From Actinomycetota bacterium (GTDB lineage: Bacteria > Actinomycetota > Thermoleophilia > Gaiellales > Gaiellaceae): a stretch of DNA of 26,728 nt. Positions 1-8,743 of this stretch are shown one piece after another (the first letter of the stretch is position 1; each line of letters begins with the position of its first letter). Location of the stretch: NCBI GenBank assembly GCA_013698195.1, contig JACCVK010000358.1, forward strand, positions 1 through 26,728. Direction: 5' to 3'. Below the pieces are notes generated by a model that ran no database searches, was not told the origin of the DNA, and saw only the letters and a program-made list of their open reading frames with translations. A program made the translations under genes and the position numbers.

Positions 1-2
1 AG

Positions 3-611
3 CGCCTGCCCGTACTCGACGACCTTATGGATGATGGGCTGGAGCTCCGAGAACTGGTCGATGTGGTAGCAGTAGGGCTTCGTCATGCCCTCGACCGAGG
101 GCGTGCCATCCTCGGAAAGCTTGAGCCACATCATCTCGGGCTCGGTGCCCGCGCGTAGATGAAGCCCAGTCGCCTTCTCGAAGTCCGCCTGCATGCGCTT
201 GAGGTTGCCGCGGCAGTCCGAGGTCAGGAACGCACCGCCGTTCTTTCGCTCCTCGCGGTTGCGGAAGCAGATGCACCAGACGCGTGCGACTCGGGTGTCC
301 CACGGGAGCACCTGGAACGTCTCGGGCTCGGGGATGCCAACGAGCTCGGCGGCCTCAGGCCCGTAGCCGATGTAGTTCCCGTGCCGGTCGGTGAAGAGGT
401 TCGCCGTCGCCCCGTAGACGAGCTGGAAGCCCTTTGCCGCGATCGCCTCCCAGTGCTTCGCCGGGACGCCCTTGCCCATGATGCGGCCGGTGACGGAGGG
501 GAACTGGTAGTAGACGTACTGGATCCCCTCGGAGTCGATCCGTTCGCGAACCTGCTTGACGAGATCGGCACGGCCGTCAGCCTCGACGAAGCGCTCCAGG
601 TCGGTCGCCAC
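3..611 (-). CDS. Glutamine synthetase family protein, N-terminal part (runs off the left edge; absent from the ORF track); probably a GS-like gamma-glutamyl ligase
   Basis: Manual translation from GTG 611: MATDLERFVEADGRADLVKQVRERIDSEGIQYVYYQFPSVTGRIMGKG...ELVGIPEPETFQVLPWDTRVARVWC...LTSDCRGNLKR...AGTEPEMMWL. This fits the GS beta-grasp domain plus the start of the catalytic domain (GxEPE motif). RBS AAGGAGG at 617-623 (minus strand). Confidence 0.85.
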   Translation of the reverse strand, partial: MATDLERFVEADGRADLVKQVRERIDSEGIQYVYYQFPSVTGRIMGKGVPAKHWEAIAAKGFQLVYGATANLFTDRHGNYIGYGPEAAELVGIPEPETFQVLPWDTRVARVWCICFRNREERKNGGAFLTSDCRGNLKRMQADFEKATGLHLRAGTEPEMMWLKLSEDGTPSVEGMTKPYCYHIDQFSELQPIIHKVVEYGQA

Positions 612-633
612 TCTGTCCTCCTTATCTCCCGCT

Positions 634-661
634 CGCACGAGCCTCTCGTGCGCGGAGCCTA
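634..661 (-). promoter_or_regulatory. Putative -10 box (TAGGCT, 656-661) with an 8-bp inverted repeat CGCACGAG-cct-CTCGTGCG (634-652) upstream of the GS-like gene
   Basis: Both elements read directly from the sequence. The palindrome overlaps the expected transcription start. Confidence 0.45.
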
Positions 662-700
662 AAGCGCGCACGCGGCCAGTGCATGACTAGCCTTCGGTCG

Positions 701-1153
701 ATGCACGATCCGAAATCGGAGTTTCTGACGCCGGATCAGCGCACCGCGCTCGAAGCCGAGCTCGCGGAGCTCGAGGGGCCGCGGCGGAAGGAGACCGTCG
801 ATGCGATCAAGCGCGCGCGCGAGTTCGGCGACCTCTCGGAGAATTTCGAGTACCACGCGGCGAAGAACGAGCAAGGGCTGCTCGAGCGGCGCATCGCGCT
901 GCTGAAGGAGCGCCTACATCACGCGGTGACCGTCGAGAATTCGAGCGACGAGCACGTCGGCGTGGGCTCCATCGTCGACGTCGAGGACGAGGACGGGGAG
1001 AAATTGGAGGTCGAGATCTCCGCCGTGGGCGGCGTCGCGCCGGACTCCCCGCTCGGACAGGCGCTCATGGGCGCGGGCGTTGGCGACGTCGTCGACGTCC
1101 AGGCACCCCGAGGAGCCTGGAAGGCTCGCGTCATCGCGATCCGACGCACCTAG
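701..1153 (+). CDS. greA: Transcription elongation factor GreA
   Basis: AREFGDLSENFEYHAAK motif, coiled coil, C-terminal SPLGQALMG...VQAPRG. ATG 701 preferred over 683 because TAGCCT (688-693) lies 7 nt upstream. Confidence 0.95.
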   Translation: MHDPKSEFLTPDQRTALEAELAELEGPRRKETVDAIKRAREFGDLSENFEYHAAKNEQGLLERRIALLKERLHHAVTVENSSDEHVGVGSIVDVEDEDGEKLEVEISAVGGVAPDSPLGQALMGAGVGDVVDVQAPRGAWKARVIAIRRT

Positions 1154-1165
1154 GACAATCGGCGC

Positions 1166-2533
1166 GTGCCGACGCTCGTGGAGCTTCAGGCGCGGGAGGA
1201 GGAGCGCTTCACGGAGACCCATCCGCGGTCCCGGCAGCTCGCCGAGCGGGCGCACGAGACGCTCTTCGAAGGCGTACCGATGCCTTGGATGCGCAAGTGG
1301 CCGGGCGCCTTCCCCGTCTTCGTGCAGGAAGCGCAGGGTGCGCACTTCGTCGACGCGGACGGGATCGAGTACGTCGACTTCTGCCTTGGAGACACGGGTG
1401 CGATGAGCGGGCACGCGCCCGAGCCGACCTTGCGCGCGATCGCCGAGCAAGCTGCCCGCGGGCTCACGTCGATGCTCCCGAACGAGGATGCGATCTGGGT
1501 GTCCGAGGAGCTCGAGCGGCGCTTCGGCCTGCCGTCGTGGCAGTTTGCGCTGACCGCGACCGATGCGAACCGCTTCTCCGTCCGGCTCGCGCGTCATGTA
1601 ACTGATCGTCACAAGGTGCTCGTCTTCAACTGGTGCTACCACGGCACGGTCGACGAGACCTTTGCGACGCTTCGTGATGGCGCGGTCGTCGCCCGCGACG
1701 GCAATGTCGGGCCGCCGGTCAGCCTGGCGGAGACGACGCGCGTCGTCGAGTTCAACGACGTGGACGGGCTTGAGCGCGAGCTCGCGCACGGCGACGTCGC
1801 GCTCGTCCTCACCGAGCCCGCGCTGACGAACATCGGGATCGTCCACGCCGAGCCTGGCTTTCACGAAGCGCTGCGCGAGCTCACTCGGGAGCACGGAGCG
1901 CTGCTTGCGATCGACGAGACGCACACCATCTGCTGCGGGCCGGGCGGCTTCACCGCCGCGCACGGACTCGAGCCGGACATTCTCACGATCGGCAAGCCGA
2001 TCGGGGGCGGAATTCCGGCCGCGGCCTATGGCTTCCGCGGCGAGCTTGCCGAGCGACTCGCCGGGACGATCGAGCTCGAGGACGTCGACGTCGGCGGCAT
2101 CGGCGGCACTCTGGCCGCAAACGCGCTCTCGTTCGCGGCGATGCGCGCGACGCTCTCTGAGGTCCTGACGGAGGAGGCGTTCGGGCGGATGATCCCACTC
2201 GCCGAGCGCTGGACCGCCGGCGTCGACGCGGCGATCGAGGAAACCGGGCTGCCGTGGCACGTGACCCGCCTTGGCTGCCGTGCGGAGTACCTTTTCGGTC
2301 CGGATCCGCCGCGAACCGGTGCCGAGGCGCACGCGGCCAGCGACTTCGCGCTCGAGCGCTATCTCCACCTGTTTGCGCTCAACCGCGGGATCCTGCTGAC
2401 CCCGTTTCACAACATGGCGCTCATGTCGCCCGCGACGACCGAGGCCGATGTCGACCGGCACACGAAGGTCTTCCGGGAAGCAGTTGTCGAGCTCGCGGGG
2501 TCAGGAGTTAGAGGTCAGGGCTCCGACGTCTGA
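1166..2533 (+). CDS. Class III PLP-dependent aminotransferase (GSA-aminomutase-like, not canonical HemL)
   Basis: GAHFVDADGIEYVDFCLG, TEPALTN, LLAIDETHT, DILTIGKPIGGGIP (PLP Lys). Has GVPMPWM where HemL has GVNSPVR. Confidence 0.88.
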   Translation: MPTLVELQAREEERFTETHPRSRQLAERAHETLFEGVPMPWMRKWPGAFPVFVQEAQGAHFVDADGIEYVDFCLGDTGAMSGHAPEPTLRAIAEQAARGLTSMLPNEDAIWVSEELERRFGLPSWQFALTATDANRFSVRLARHVTDRHKVLVFNWCYHGTVDETFATLRDGAVVARDGNVGPPVSLAETTRVVEFNDVDGLERELAHGDVALVLTEPALTNIGIVHAEPGFHEALRELTREHGALLAIDETHTICCGPGGFTAAHGLEPDILTIGKPIGGGIPAAAYGFRGELAERLAGTIELEDVDVGGIGGTLAANALSFAAMRATLSEVLTEEAFGRMIPLAERWTAGVDAAIEETGLPWHVTRLGCRAEYLFGPDPPRTGAEAHAASDFALERYLHLFALNRGILLTPFHNMALMSPATTEADVDRHTKVFREAVVELAGSGVRGQGSDV

Positions 2534-3034
2534 GCCCTCGCGGGGCGAACGCCGCGCGTAGCTGACAAACGAAAACGGGACGCCGTCCTCGGAGACCTTC
2601 GAGACCCGCTCCACCTCCCGGAACGCGTCGCGATTCCACTCCGGGAAGAACGTGTCGCCCTCGACTTCCACACCTATCTCCGTCAGCACCAGCTCGTCGG
2701 TGACCGGAAGCGCGGCGGCATAGAGCTGCGCGCCACCGATCACATACACCTGAGCTGCGCCGTCGAGCAGCTCGAGCGCGTCCTCGAGCGAGCCCGCGCG
2801 CTCAGCGCCGGCCGCATGCCACTCGGTGCTGCGCGTGACGACGACGTTTCGTCTCCCGGGAAGGGGCCGGAAACGATCCGGGAGCGAGTCCCACGTCCGC
2901 CGTCCCATGACGACCGGATGGCCCATCGTGATGTCGCGGAACTGTCGCATGTCCTCCGGGATCCGCCAGGGGATGTCGCCGTCGCGGCCGATCACGCCAT
3001 TGCGTGCCACCGCTGCGACGAGCGAGATTCTCAA
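2501..3034 (-). CDS. folA: Dihydrofolate reductase
   Basis: AAVARNGVIG..GDIPW, VVMGRRTWDSLP..RPLPGRRNVV, VIGGAQLY, GDTFFP. TTG start, 12 nt after the thyA stop. Confidence 0.95.
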   Translation of the reverse strand: MRISLVAAVARNGVIGRDGDIPWRIPEDMRQFRDITMGHPVVMGRRTWDSLPDRFRPLPGRRNVVVTRSTEWHAAGAERAGSLEDALELLDGAAQVYVIGGAQLYAAALPVTDELVLTEIGVEVEGDTFFPEWNRDAFREVERVSKVSEDGVPFSFVSYARRSPREGSDVGALTSNS

Positions 3035-3046
3035 ATGGCGCAGGCC

Positions 3047-3871
3047 CTAAACGGCGACTGGCGCTCGGATCGCCGGGTGATGCTCGTAGCCGACGACCTC
3101 GAAGTCCTCGAACTCATACTCGAAGATCGACTCAGGCCGGCGGCGAAGGTGGAGTGAGGGATACGGCAAAGGCGCGCGCCCGAGCTGGGTCTCCACCTGC
3201 TCGCGGTGGTTGTCGTAGATATGGCAGTCGCCGCCCGTCCAGATGAGCTCGCCCACGCCGAGATCGGTCTGCTGCGCGAGCATGTGCGTCAGCAGCGCAT
3301 AGCTCGCGATGTTGAACGGAACGCCCAGGAACACGTCCGCGCTCCGCTGATAGATCTGACAGCTCAACCTGCCGTTGGCGACGTAGAGCTGGAAGAAGGC
3401 GTGGCACGGCATGAGCGCCATCTCCGCAAGGTCGGCGACGTTCCAGGCGGAGACGATGATGCGACGCGAATCCGGCTCCTCGCGCAGCAGGCGTACGGCC
3501 TCTGCGATCTGGTCGACGTGGCCGCCTTCGGGCGTCGGCCAACTCCGCCACTGCACGCCGTACACCGGGCCGAGGTCGCCGTTTTCGTCGGCCCACTCAT
3601 TCCAGATAGTGACGCCGTTCTCCTGCAGCCAGCCAACGTTGCCCTCGCCGCGCAGAAACCAGAGCAGCTCCTTCGCAACCGACGGGAAATGCGCCTTCTT
3701 CGTCGTTACGAGCGGGAAGCCCTGGGCGAGGTCGAAGCGCATCTGGTGCCCGAAGACGCTCACCGTTCCCGTGCCCGTGCGGTCGCTCTTCGGCAAGCCG
3801 TGCGTGAACACGTGCCGCATGAAGTCTTCGTACTGCGAGCGAACGGGATGCGCTGACACGCTGGTGGACAC
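3047..3871 (-). CDS. thyA: Thymidylate synthase
   Basis: [36 protein letters not shown] (catalytic Cys), [26 protein letters not shown]. Confidence 0.97.
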   Translation of the reverse strand: MSTSVSAHPVRSQYEDFMRHVFTHGLPKSDRTGTGTVSVFGHQMRFDLAQGFPLVTTKKAHFPSVAKELLWFLRGEGNVGWLQENGVTIWNEWADENGDLGPVYGVQWRSWPTPEGGHVDQIAEAVRLLREEPDSRRIIVSAWNVADLAEMALMPCHAFFQLYVANGRLSCQIYQRSADVFLGVPFNIASYALLTHMLAQQTDLGVGELIWTGGDCHIYDNHREQVETQLGRAPLPYPSLHLRRRPESIFEYEFEDFEVVGYEHHPAIRAPVAV

Positions 3872-3950
3872 GACGACTTCGACGATAGCGTTCGAGGCGG
3901 AGGCTATGAGATTGGAGCTGCCGGTTCCGAACCACGACGTTGGTGCGGCC

Positions 3951-4517
3951 GTGAACGTCGAAATCGTCTACGAGGCGCACGCGACGACCGTGCACAACGA
4001 GCGTGGCATCGGCACGGGCTGGCTGGACGGCGAGCTTTCGGAGAGAGGGAAGCGCGAAGCCGTTGAGCTCGGCCGGCGCAGGCGCGACGATGGCATCGCC
4101 GCCGTCTACATCTCGGACCTCGGGCGTGCGATCGAGACCGCTGAGATCGCGTTTGCCGGCTCCGGTATCCCGATCCACCGCGATTGGCGTCTACGCGAGT
4201 GCAACTACGGCGAGCTAAACGGCCAGCCGCTCACTCGCTTTGCCGGTGAGCCGCCGCGCAGGATCGATGAGCCGTATCCCGGCGGCGAGAGTTACCGGCG
4301 GGTCGTCGAGCGTGTGGGGGAGTTTCTCGACGATCTCCCACGGGAGCTCGACGGGATGCGCGTGGTCATAATCAGTCACGCCTCGCCTCGGTGGGCGCTC
4401 GAGCATCTGCTGAAGGGGACGCCACTCGAGGAGCTCGTCGCGGCGCCCTACGAATGGCAGCCTGGCTGGGAGTACGTGTTGCGCAGGCCGGGCTCGTCAC
4501 GCAGATCGAGCCGATAG
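3951..4517 (+). CDS. Histidine phosphatase (phosphoglycerate mutase-like) family protein
   Basis: [50 protein letters not shown]. Start is GTG 3951 or ATG 3906. The 5' part of the 3411 ORF is antisense to thyA. Confidence 0.85.
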   Translation: MNVEIVYEAHATTVHNERGIGTGWLDGELSERGKREAVELGRRRRDDGIAAVYISDLGRAIETAEIAFAGSGIPIHRDWRLRECNYGELNGQPLTRFAGEPPRRIDEPYPGGESYRRVVERVGEFLDDLPRELDGMRVVIISHASPRWALEHLLKGTPLEELVAAPYEWQPGWEYVLRRPGSSRRSSR

Positions 4518-4589
4518 CTCCGATTCGACGGATAGACCCGACGACCGGTCACATGACGACGAAGGTGCGCGGCCGCTGGCGGACCGCGG

Positions 4590-5171
4590 TCACGTCGTCA
4601 GGAGCGGCGTCTCAGACCCCTCTTCGACGACCACCCACTTGTCGAAATCGTCGAACCTGTAGGGCGCGTTCAGCGGGACGACAGCCGTGCCGTCGGCATC
4701 GACGGCGAAGGCTCCGCAAGCGGCCGCGAGCTCGCCATCCTTCGTCAGCCAGAGCTCGTATGTGCTCCCGCCCACGGATGGACCTAGGCCCTCTACTTTG
4801 AGCTCCATCGGCCAATTGCCCGCGTCGTCGAGGTCGAAGATCTCGAGGCTTGCGCTCGCTCCCGGTGCCGCACCGACCCCCGTCATCGCGACCACGTCCC
4901 ACGTGTCCGGGTCGTCGCTCCGTGCGCCCGCCACGTAGCCGACCGCGAACACGACCGCCGCCAGGCTCGCGGCGAGGGCGGCCAGCCGGGCGCGGCGACG
5001 CCTGAGCACGTGCACGGTCGCGGCGTGCGGAGCCGGCCCCAACTCGGCTGCGAGCTTGGGCGGTGGGCCCGCTGAGACCAGCAGCTCGTGCATTCGGTGC
5101 AAGCGGTCGCGCTCGGCGGGCTCGAGATCGGCGCCGACGAGGTCGTCGAAGTCAGGCGGTTGCGTCGTCAT
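4590..5171 (-). CDS. Anti-sigma factor, RskA-like, single TM
   Basis: Basic patch followed by TM LAALAASLAAVVFAVGYVAG, C-terminal YELWL...CGAF. ATGA overlap with the ECF sigma stop. Confidence 0.8.
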   Translation of the reverse strand: MTTQPPDFDDLVGADLEPAERDRLHRMHELLVSAGPPPKLAAELGPAPHAATVHVLRRRRARLAALAASLAAVVFAVGYVAGARSDDPDTWDVVAMTGVGAAPGASASLEIFDLDDAGNWPMELKVEGLGPSVGGSTYELWLTKDGELAAACGAFAVDADGTAVVPLNAPYRFDDFDKWVVVEEGSETPLLTT

Positions 5172-5785
5172 GCGAGCTCACCCTCGAGCATGTCGGCGAG
5201 GCGGGCGAGTGCGCTCCGAGTGCGCGTCTTGACCGTGCCGAGCGGGATGTCCAGGCGCGCGGAAATCTCGCTTTGCGACAGCCCCCGCCAGTACGCGAGC
5301 TCGATCACGGGCCGCTCGTGCTCGGGCAGTCCTTCGAGCGCTCGATGTACCTGCCATGCGGTCCACGAGGACTCGGCCAGATCTGCCGGATCTGGGTCGC
5401 CCCCGAGACCTTCGGGAACCTCCGCCGCCGGTTCCGGCAAACGCCTGAGCCCGTCCGTGATCGCGTTTCGAGCAACCGCGTACAGCCAGGGGCCGCCGCG
5501 CCCGCGGCCCGAGTCGTACGTCCGTGCCGAGCGCCAGATCGCGACGAACGCTTCCTGGGCAGCGTCCTCGGCGCGTCCACGGTCGCCCATCCGCCGGAGC
5601 GCAAGCCCGAGCACTGCCCTGGCGTAGCGCCGGTGAAGCTCCTCGAACGCCGGCCGGTCGCCGTTGGCGATGCGCGCGATCAACTGGCCGTCCGTCACGT
5701 GCTCGTACACGCGCTCGCGTACTCGAACCGTTGTCGGTTTACGGAGCTGAGCCAACCCAGTGGGAAGGGCGATCGTCGCACCCAT
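5168..5785 (-). CDS. ECF RNA polymerase sigma factor (SigK-like)
   Basis: AFEELHRRY, AEDAAQEAFVAIWR, WLYAVARN, LAYWRGLSQSEIS..L.IPLGTVKTR. Start uncertain; could be a downstream GTG such as 5710. Confidence 0.9.
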   Translation of the reverse strand: MGATIALPTGLAQLRKPTTVRVRERVYEHVTDGQLIARIANGDRPAFEELHRRYARAVLGLALRRMGDRGRAEDAAQEAFVAIWRSARTYDSGRGRGGPWLYAVARNAITDGLRRLPEPAAEVPEGLGGDPDPADLAESSWTAWQVHRALEGLPEHERPVIELAYWRGLSQSEISARLDIPLGTVKTRTRSALARLADMLEGELA

Positions 5786-5827
5786 CCCCCGCTGCTACGT
5801 GTGCAAGGGGTCCTCTGGATTGCCGGC

Positions 5828-6436
5828 CTACGATCGCGCGGCGGCGAAGTTGGCCGCAACTGCCTCCCAGTTCACGACATTCCACCACGCCTCGAGGTAC
5901 TCGGGTCGGCGGTTGCGGTAGTTCAGGTAGTACGCGTGCTCCCAGACATCGTTCCCGAGCACCGGAACATGACCCTGAAGGATCGGTGAGTCTTGGTTCG
6001 CGGTGGAGTACGCCTCGAGGGCGCTGCCGTTCCAAACGAGCCAGGTCCAGCCGCTGCCGAAGCGGGTGACGCCGTTCTGGTTGATCTTCTCCTTGAAGGA
6101 GTCGAAGCTGCCGAACTCCGAGTCGATCGCGCTCGCCAGTTCGCCGTCCGGCGATCCACCGGCCTGCGGGGCCATGATCTCCCAGAAGAGCGAGTGGTTC
6201 GCGTGGCCCCCGGCATTGTTCTGCACAGCCGTGCGCTTGTCCGCGGGCAGCTGATCAAGGCTGCGTAGGACCTCTTCGACGGGCGAATCCGCCCACTCGG
6301 TGCCCTCGAGCGCCTTGTTCGCGTTGTCGACATACGCCTGGTGATGCTTGTCGTGATGGAGCTTCATCGTCTCGACGTCGACAGTCGACTCGAGTGCGTC
6401 ATAGTCGTACGGAAGCGGGGGAACGCTGAACGGCAT
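5828..6436 (-). CDS. sodA: Superoxide dismutase, Mn-type signature
   Basis: [60 protein letters not shown] 6436 with AGGAG RBS at 6445-6449. Confidence 0.95.
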   Translation of the reverse strand: MPFSVPPLPYDYDALESTVDVETMKLHHDKHHQAYVDNANKALEGTEWADSPVEEVLRSLDQLPADKRTAVQNNAGGHANHSLFWEIMAPQAGGSPDGELASAIDSEFGSFDSFKEKINQNGVTRFGSGWTWLVWNGSALEAYSTANQDSPILQGHVPVLGNDVWEHAYYLNYRNRRPEYLEAWWNVVNWEAVAANFAAARS

Positions 6437-6521
6437 TTGGCTTGCTCCTCTCCTCGCAGATCGTCTCGGGGGGAAGGATATGCTCCGCGGCGTTCCCGTC
6501 CCGGCGCGAGAGGAAACGAGG

Positions 6522-7133
6522 ATGTCGAACTTCGTCGAGATCAGGCCCCGCGACCTGAAGCCGGCTCTGCTCGAGCTGGACGGCATCTCGCGTGCGACGG
6601 TCGAGGCGCACCATCGTCTCTACCAAGGCTACGTCGGGAAGCGCAATGAGATTCTGGGCCGGCTCGAAGACGTCGACGGAGAGGCGGCGAACCAGGTCTA
6701 CTCCGAGATCCGCGCCCTCAAGATCGATCTCACGTTCGCCGTCGGCGGGATCAAGAACCACGAGGTCTACTTCGATCATCTCGGCGGCAGGGGCGGCGAT
6801 CCGGACGGCGCGATCGGCGGTCTCGTCGAGCGCGACTTCGGCTCGAGCGAAGCCTGGCGGGCAGACCTCAAGGCCACGGGGATGGCGGGTCGCGGATGGG
6901 CGTGGACCGCCTACGACTGGGACGAGGGCCGGCTCTTCAACTACATCGGAGATGCGCAGAACACCTTTCCGGTGTGGAACGCAACGCCGCTCGTCGCCCT
7001 CGACGTCTACGAGCACGCGTACTTCCTCGACTACCAGACGGATCGCGCGACGTACATCGAGGCCTTCTTCAGGAACCTCGACTGGAGCGTCGTCAACGGC
7101 TGGGTCGCCTCGTACTCGATTCCCTCGGCGTAG
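6522..7133 (+). CDS. Second Fe/Mn superoxide dismutase, Aquifex-type Fe-SOD-like
   Basis: [51 protein letters not shown]. All four metal ligands appear present. ATG 6522 follows GAGG; TATGCT at 6479-6484. Confidence 0.85.
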   Translation: MSNFVEIRPRDLKPALLELDGISRATVEAHHRLYQGYVGKRNEILGRLEDVDGEAANQVYSEIRALKIDLTFAVGGIKNHEVYFDHLGGRGGDPDGAIGGLVERDFGSSEAWRADLKATGMAGRGWAWTAYDWDEGRLFNYIGDAQNTFPVWNATPLVALDVYEHAYFLDYQTDRATYIEAFFRNLDWSVVNGWVASYSIPSA

Positions 7134-7139
7134 CTCGTA

Positions 7140-7742
7140 ATGGTCGAAGCGCTCGCCATCCTCGGCGGGTACCTCCTCGGCTCGCTGACGTTCGGTTACT
7201 GGCTGGTTCTGGTCTTCCGTGGCGAGGACATCCGGAGGTCCGGCAGCGGAAACGTCGGCGCGTCGAACGTGTTTCGTGTCTACGGGCGGCGCCTGGGAAC
7301 CGCGGTCGCGCTGCTCGATCTCGGGAAGGGATTCTTGGCAGCGTCGCTTGGCCTCTGGGCGGGAGGAGCGCTCGTCGGCGTGCTCGCTGGGGCAGCGGCG
7401 ATGCTCGGGCACGCGCGCCCCGTGTTCCTCAAGTTCCAGAAGGGCGGGAAGATGGTGGCAACCGCGGGCGGAGCGACGGTTGCCCTGGCGCCGCTGGCGG
7501 CGATCTGTTGCATCGCGGTCTGGCTAGTCGTCTTCGTCGCGATCCGGTACGCGTCGCTCGCGTCGATCCTCACGGCCGCCGCACTGCCGGTACTCGTGTT
7601 CGCTCTCGGCTACTCCTGGCCCGTCGTCGTGTTCGGGATTGCCGGGGCTGCGGCGGTGATCTTCATGCATCGCCAGAACATCCGGCGCCTCGTCGGCGGC
7701 ACGGAGCACCGCTTCGAGCTGCGCCGTCCGCGCCGCGTCTAG
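7140..7742 (+). CDS. plsY: Glycerol-3-phosphate acyltransferase PlsY
   Basis: YLLGSL.FG, DIRRSGSGNVGASNV.R, LDLGKG, GHARPVF.KF.KGGK.VAT, H.QNIRRL..GTE. Confidence 0.95.
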   Translation: MVEALAILGGYLLGSLTFGYWLVLVFRGEDIRRSGSGNVGASNVFRVYGRRLGTAVALLDLGKGFLAASLGLWAGGALVGVLAGAAAMLGHARPVFLKFQKGGKMVATAGGATVALAPLAAICCIAVWLVVFVAIRYASLASILTAAALPVLVFALGYSWPVVVFGIAGAAAVIFMHRQNIRRLVGGTEHRFELRRPRRV

Positions 7743-8713
7743 CTGGACGAGAGCCAGCCGGCGAGCGTCGTCTGGCGAGCGGTCGGCTCTCCGGTCGCGA
7801 GCTCGCTGCGAAGCTCCCCAACCGTTCCGAAGCGCTCGGCAACCACGTCGTGGACGTGAATCGTCTCGAAGTTGACCTGCTTCGCGAGGAGGAAGTCCTC
7901 GTCTTCGAGCCCCGGCAGCGAGTCGAGGGCGTCTCGGAGGGAATGGCGAACCGAGTCCTCGACGAAACGCGGTCGGAGGTGCGCGTGCTCGACGACGAAG
8001 AGCTCGTCTGGTCGCTTGAGCAGGTCGTAGATAGGCGCGCTCATGGACTGCTCGGCGATCCCGACGAGCAGCTCGGCATCGAGATCGCTTTGCGTCCCGA
8101 CAAAGAGCGTGGCGCGGCCGCGCTGGTTGTGAGTAGCGATGGGGACGAGCTCGAGTATCCGTTCCACGTCCCCCGAGTCGAACCCGGCTTCGAGGAGACG
8201 CTCGCTCGCCCGATTTCTCACCAGGCCCTGCGCGCACGGACACGCGTTGATTCCTGTCGCCTCGACCCCGACCACGCGTCGGGTCTCGGAGCCTGACGCG
8301 GCGGCGATTCCGCAGAGCGTGACCATCTCCTGAGTCGCAATTCCGGTGACCGGCGTCCGGCGCCGAATGGGCCACTGCGCGCGGATCCACACTTCCGCTC
8401 GAAGCGCGCCCTGCCGTTCGACGACCCGGCTCGCAATGTGCTCGGCGAGCCCTTCGACGAGTAGCGCCTCGCTGCCGACCACGATGTCGATCGCTTCCTC
8501 GAAGAGCTCCGGGAAGCGCGACATGTGCACGCCCTTCTGATCGGCGGCGAGATCGACGGTGCAGTCGATCACCGCTGCCATGACCGTCTCCGCTTCGCCG
8601 CGGCGGATGCGCACGGCCTTCTGGACGCCGCGCACGCCGGCGTGGGAGAGCGCGAGACCGATCTCGGGCGACGACGCCTGGAGATCCTCGATGACGTTCG
8701 GGACGTCGCTCAC
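7739..8713 (-). CDS. folE2: GTP cyclohydrolase IB / MptA-type
   Basis: KGVHMSRF, GINACPCAQ, ATHNQRG, LLKRPDE, PRFVEDSVR, NFETIHVHD. TAGCGT 6 nt upstream of the GTG. Confidence 0.92.
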   Translation of the reverse strand: MSDVPNVIEDLQASSPEIGLALSHAGVRGVQKAVRIRRGEAETVMAAVIDCTVDLAADQKGVHMSRFPELFEEAIDIVVGSEALLVEGLAEHIASRVVERQGALRAEVWIRAQWPIRRRTPVTGIATQEMVTLCGIAAASGSETRRVVGVEATGINACPCAQGLVRNRASERLLEAGFDSGDVERILELVPIATHNQRGRATLFVGTQSDLDAELLVGIAEQSMSAPIYDLLKRPDELFVVEHAHLRPRFVEDSVRHSLRDALDSLPGLEDEDFLLAKQVNFETIHVHDVVAERFGTVGELRSELATGEPTARQTTLAGWLSSS

Positions 8714-8743
8714 GATGCAACGCTAGCTTGCCGGTCGCGTTAC

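Noticed and set aside
914-2461. Long antisense ORF (515 aa), and similar shadow ORFs such as 6896-8296, 7524-8720, 17508-18557 and 22687-24066
   Set aside because: They overlap well-supported genes, are Arg/Ala/Pro-rich and have no motifs. Such ORFs are expected from stop-codon scarcity in high-GC DNA.
1166-2533. hemL assignment
   Set aside because: Lacks HemL-specific motifs (GVNSPVR, SGTEA), and no hem genes are nearby.
3411-3950. 5' extensions given by the ORF track (also 5828-6586, 8744-9916, 9721-11319, 21129-22781, 24604-26256)
   Set aside because: They overlap neighbouring real genes. Homology and RBS/-10 evidence support the shorter starts used here.
6437-6521. Partial inverted similarity between the two SOD leaders (CTCCTCTCCTCGC versus GCGAGAGG)
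   Set aside because: Best explained as two independent purine-rich RBS regions on opposite strands; the pairing is imperfect.
7739-7742. plsY and folE2 stops share the palindrome CTAG
   Set aside because: Common 4-nt convergent overlap with no special implication.
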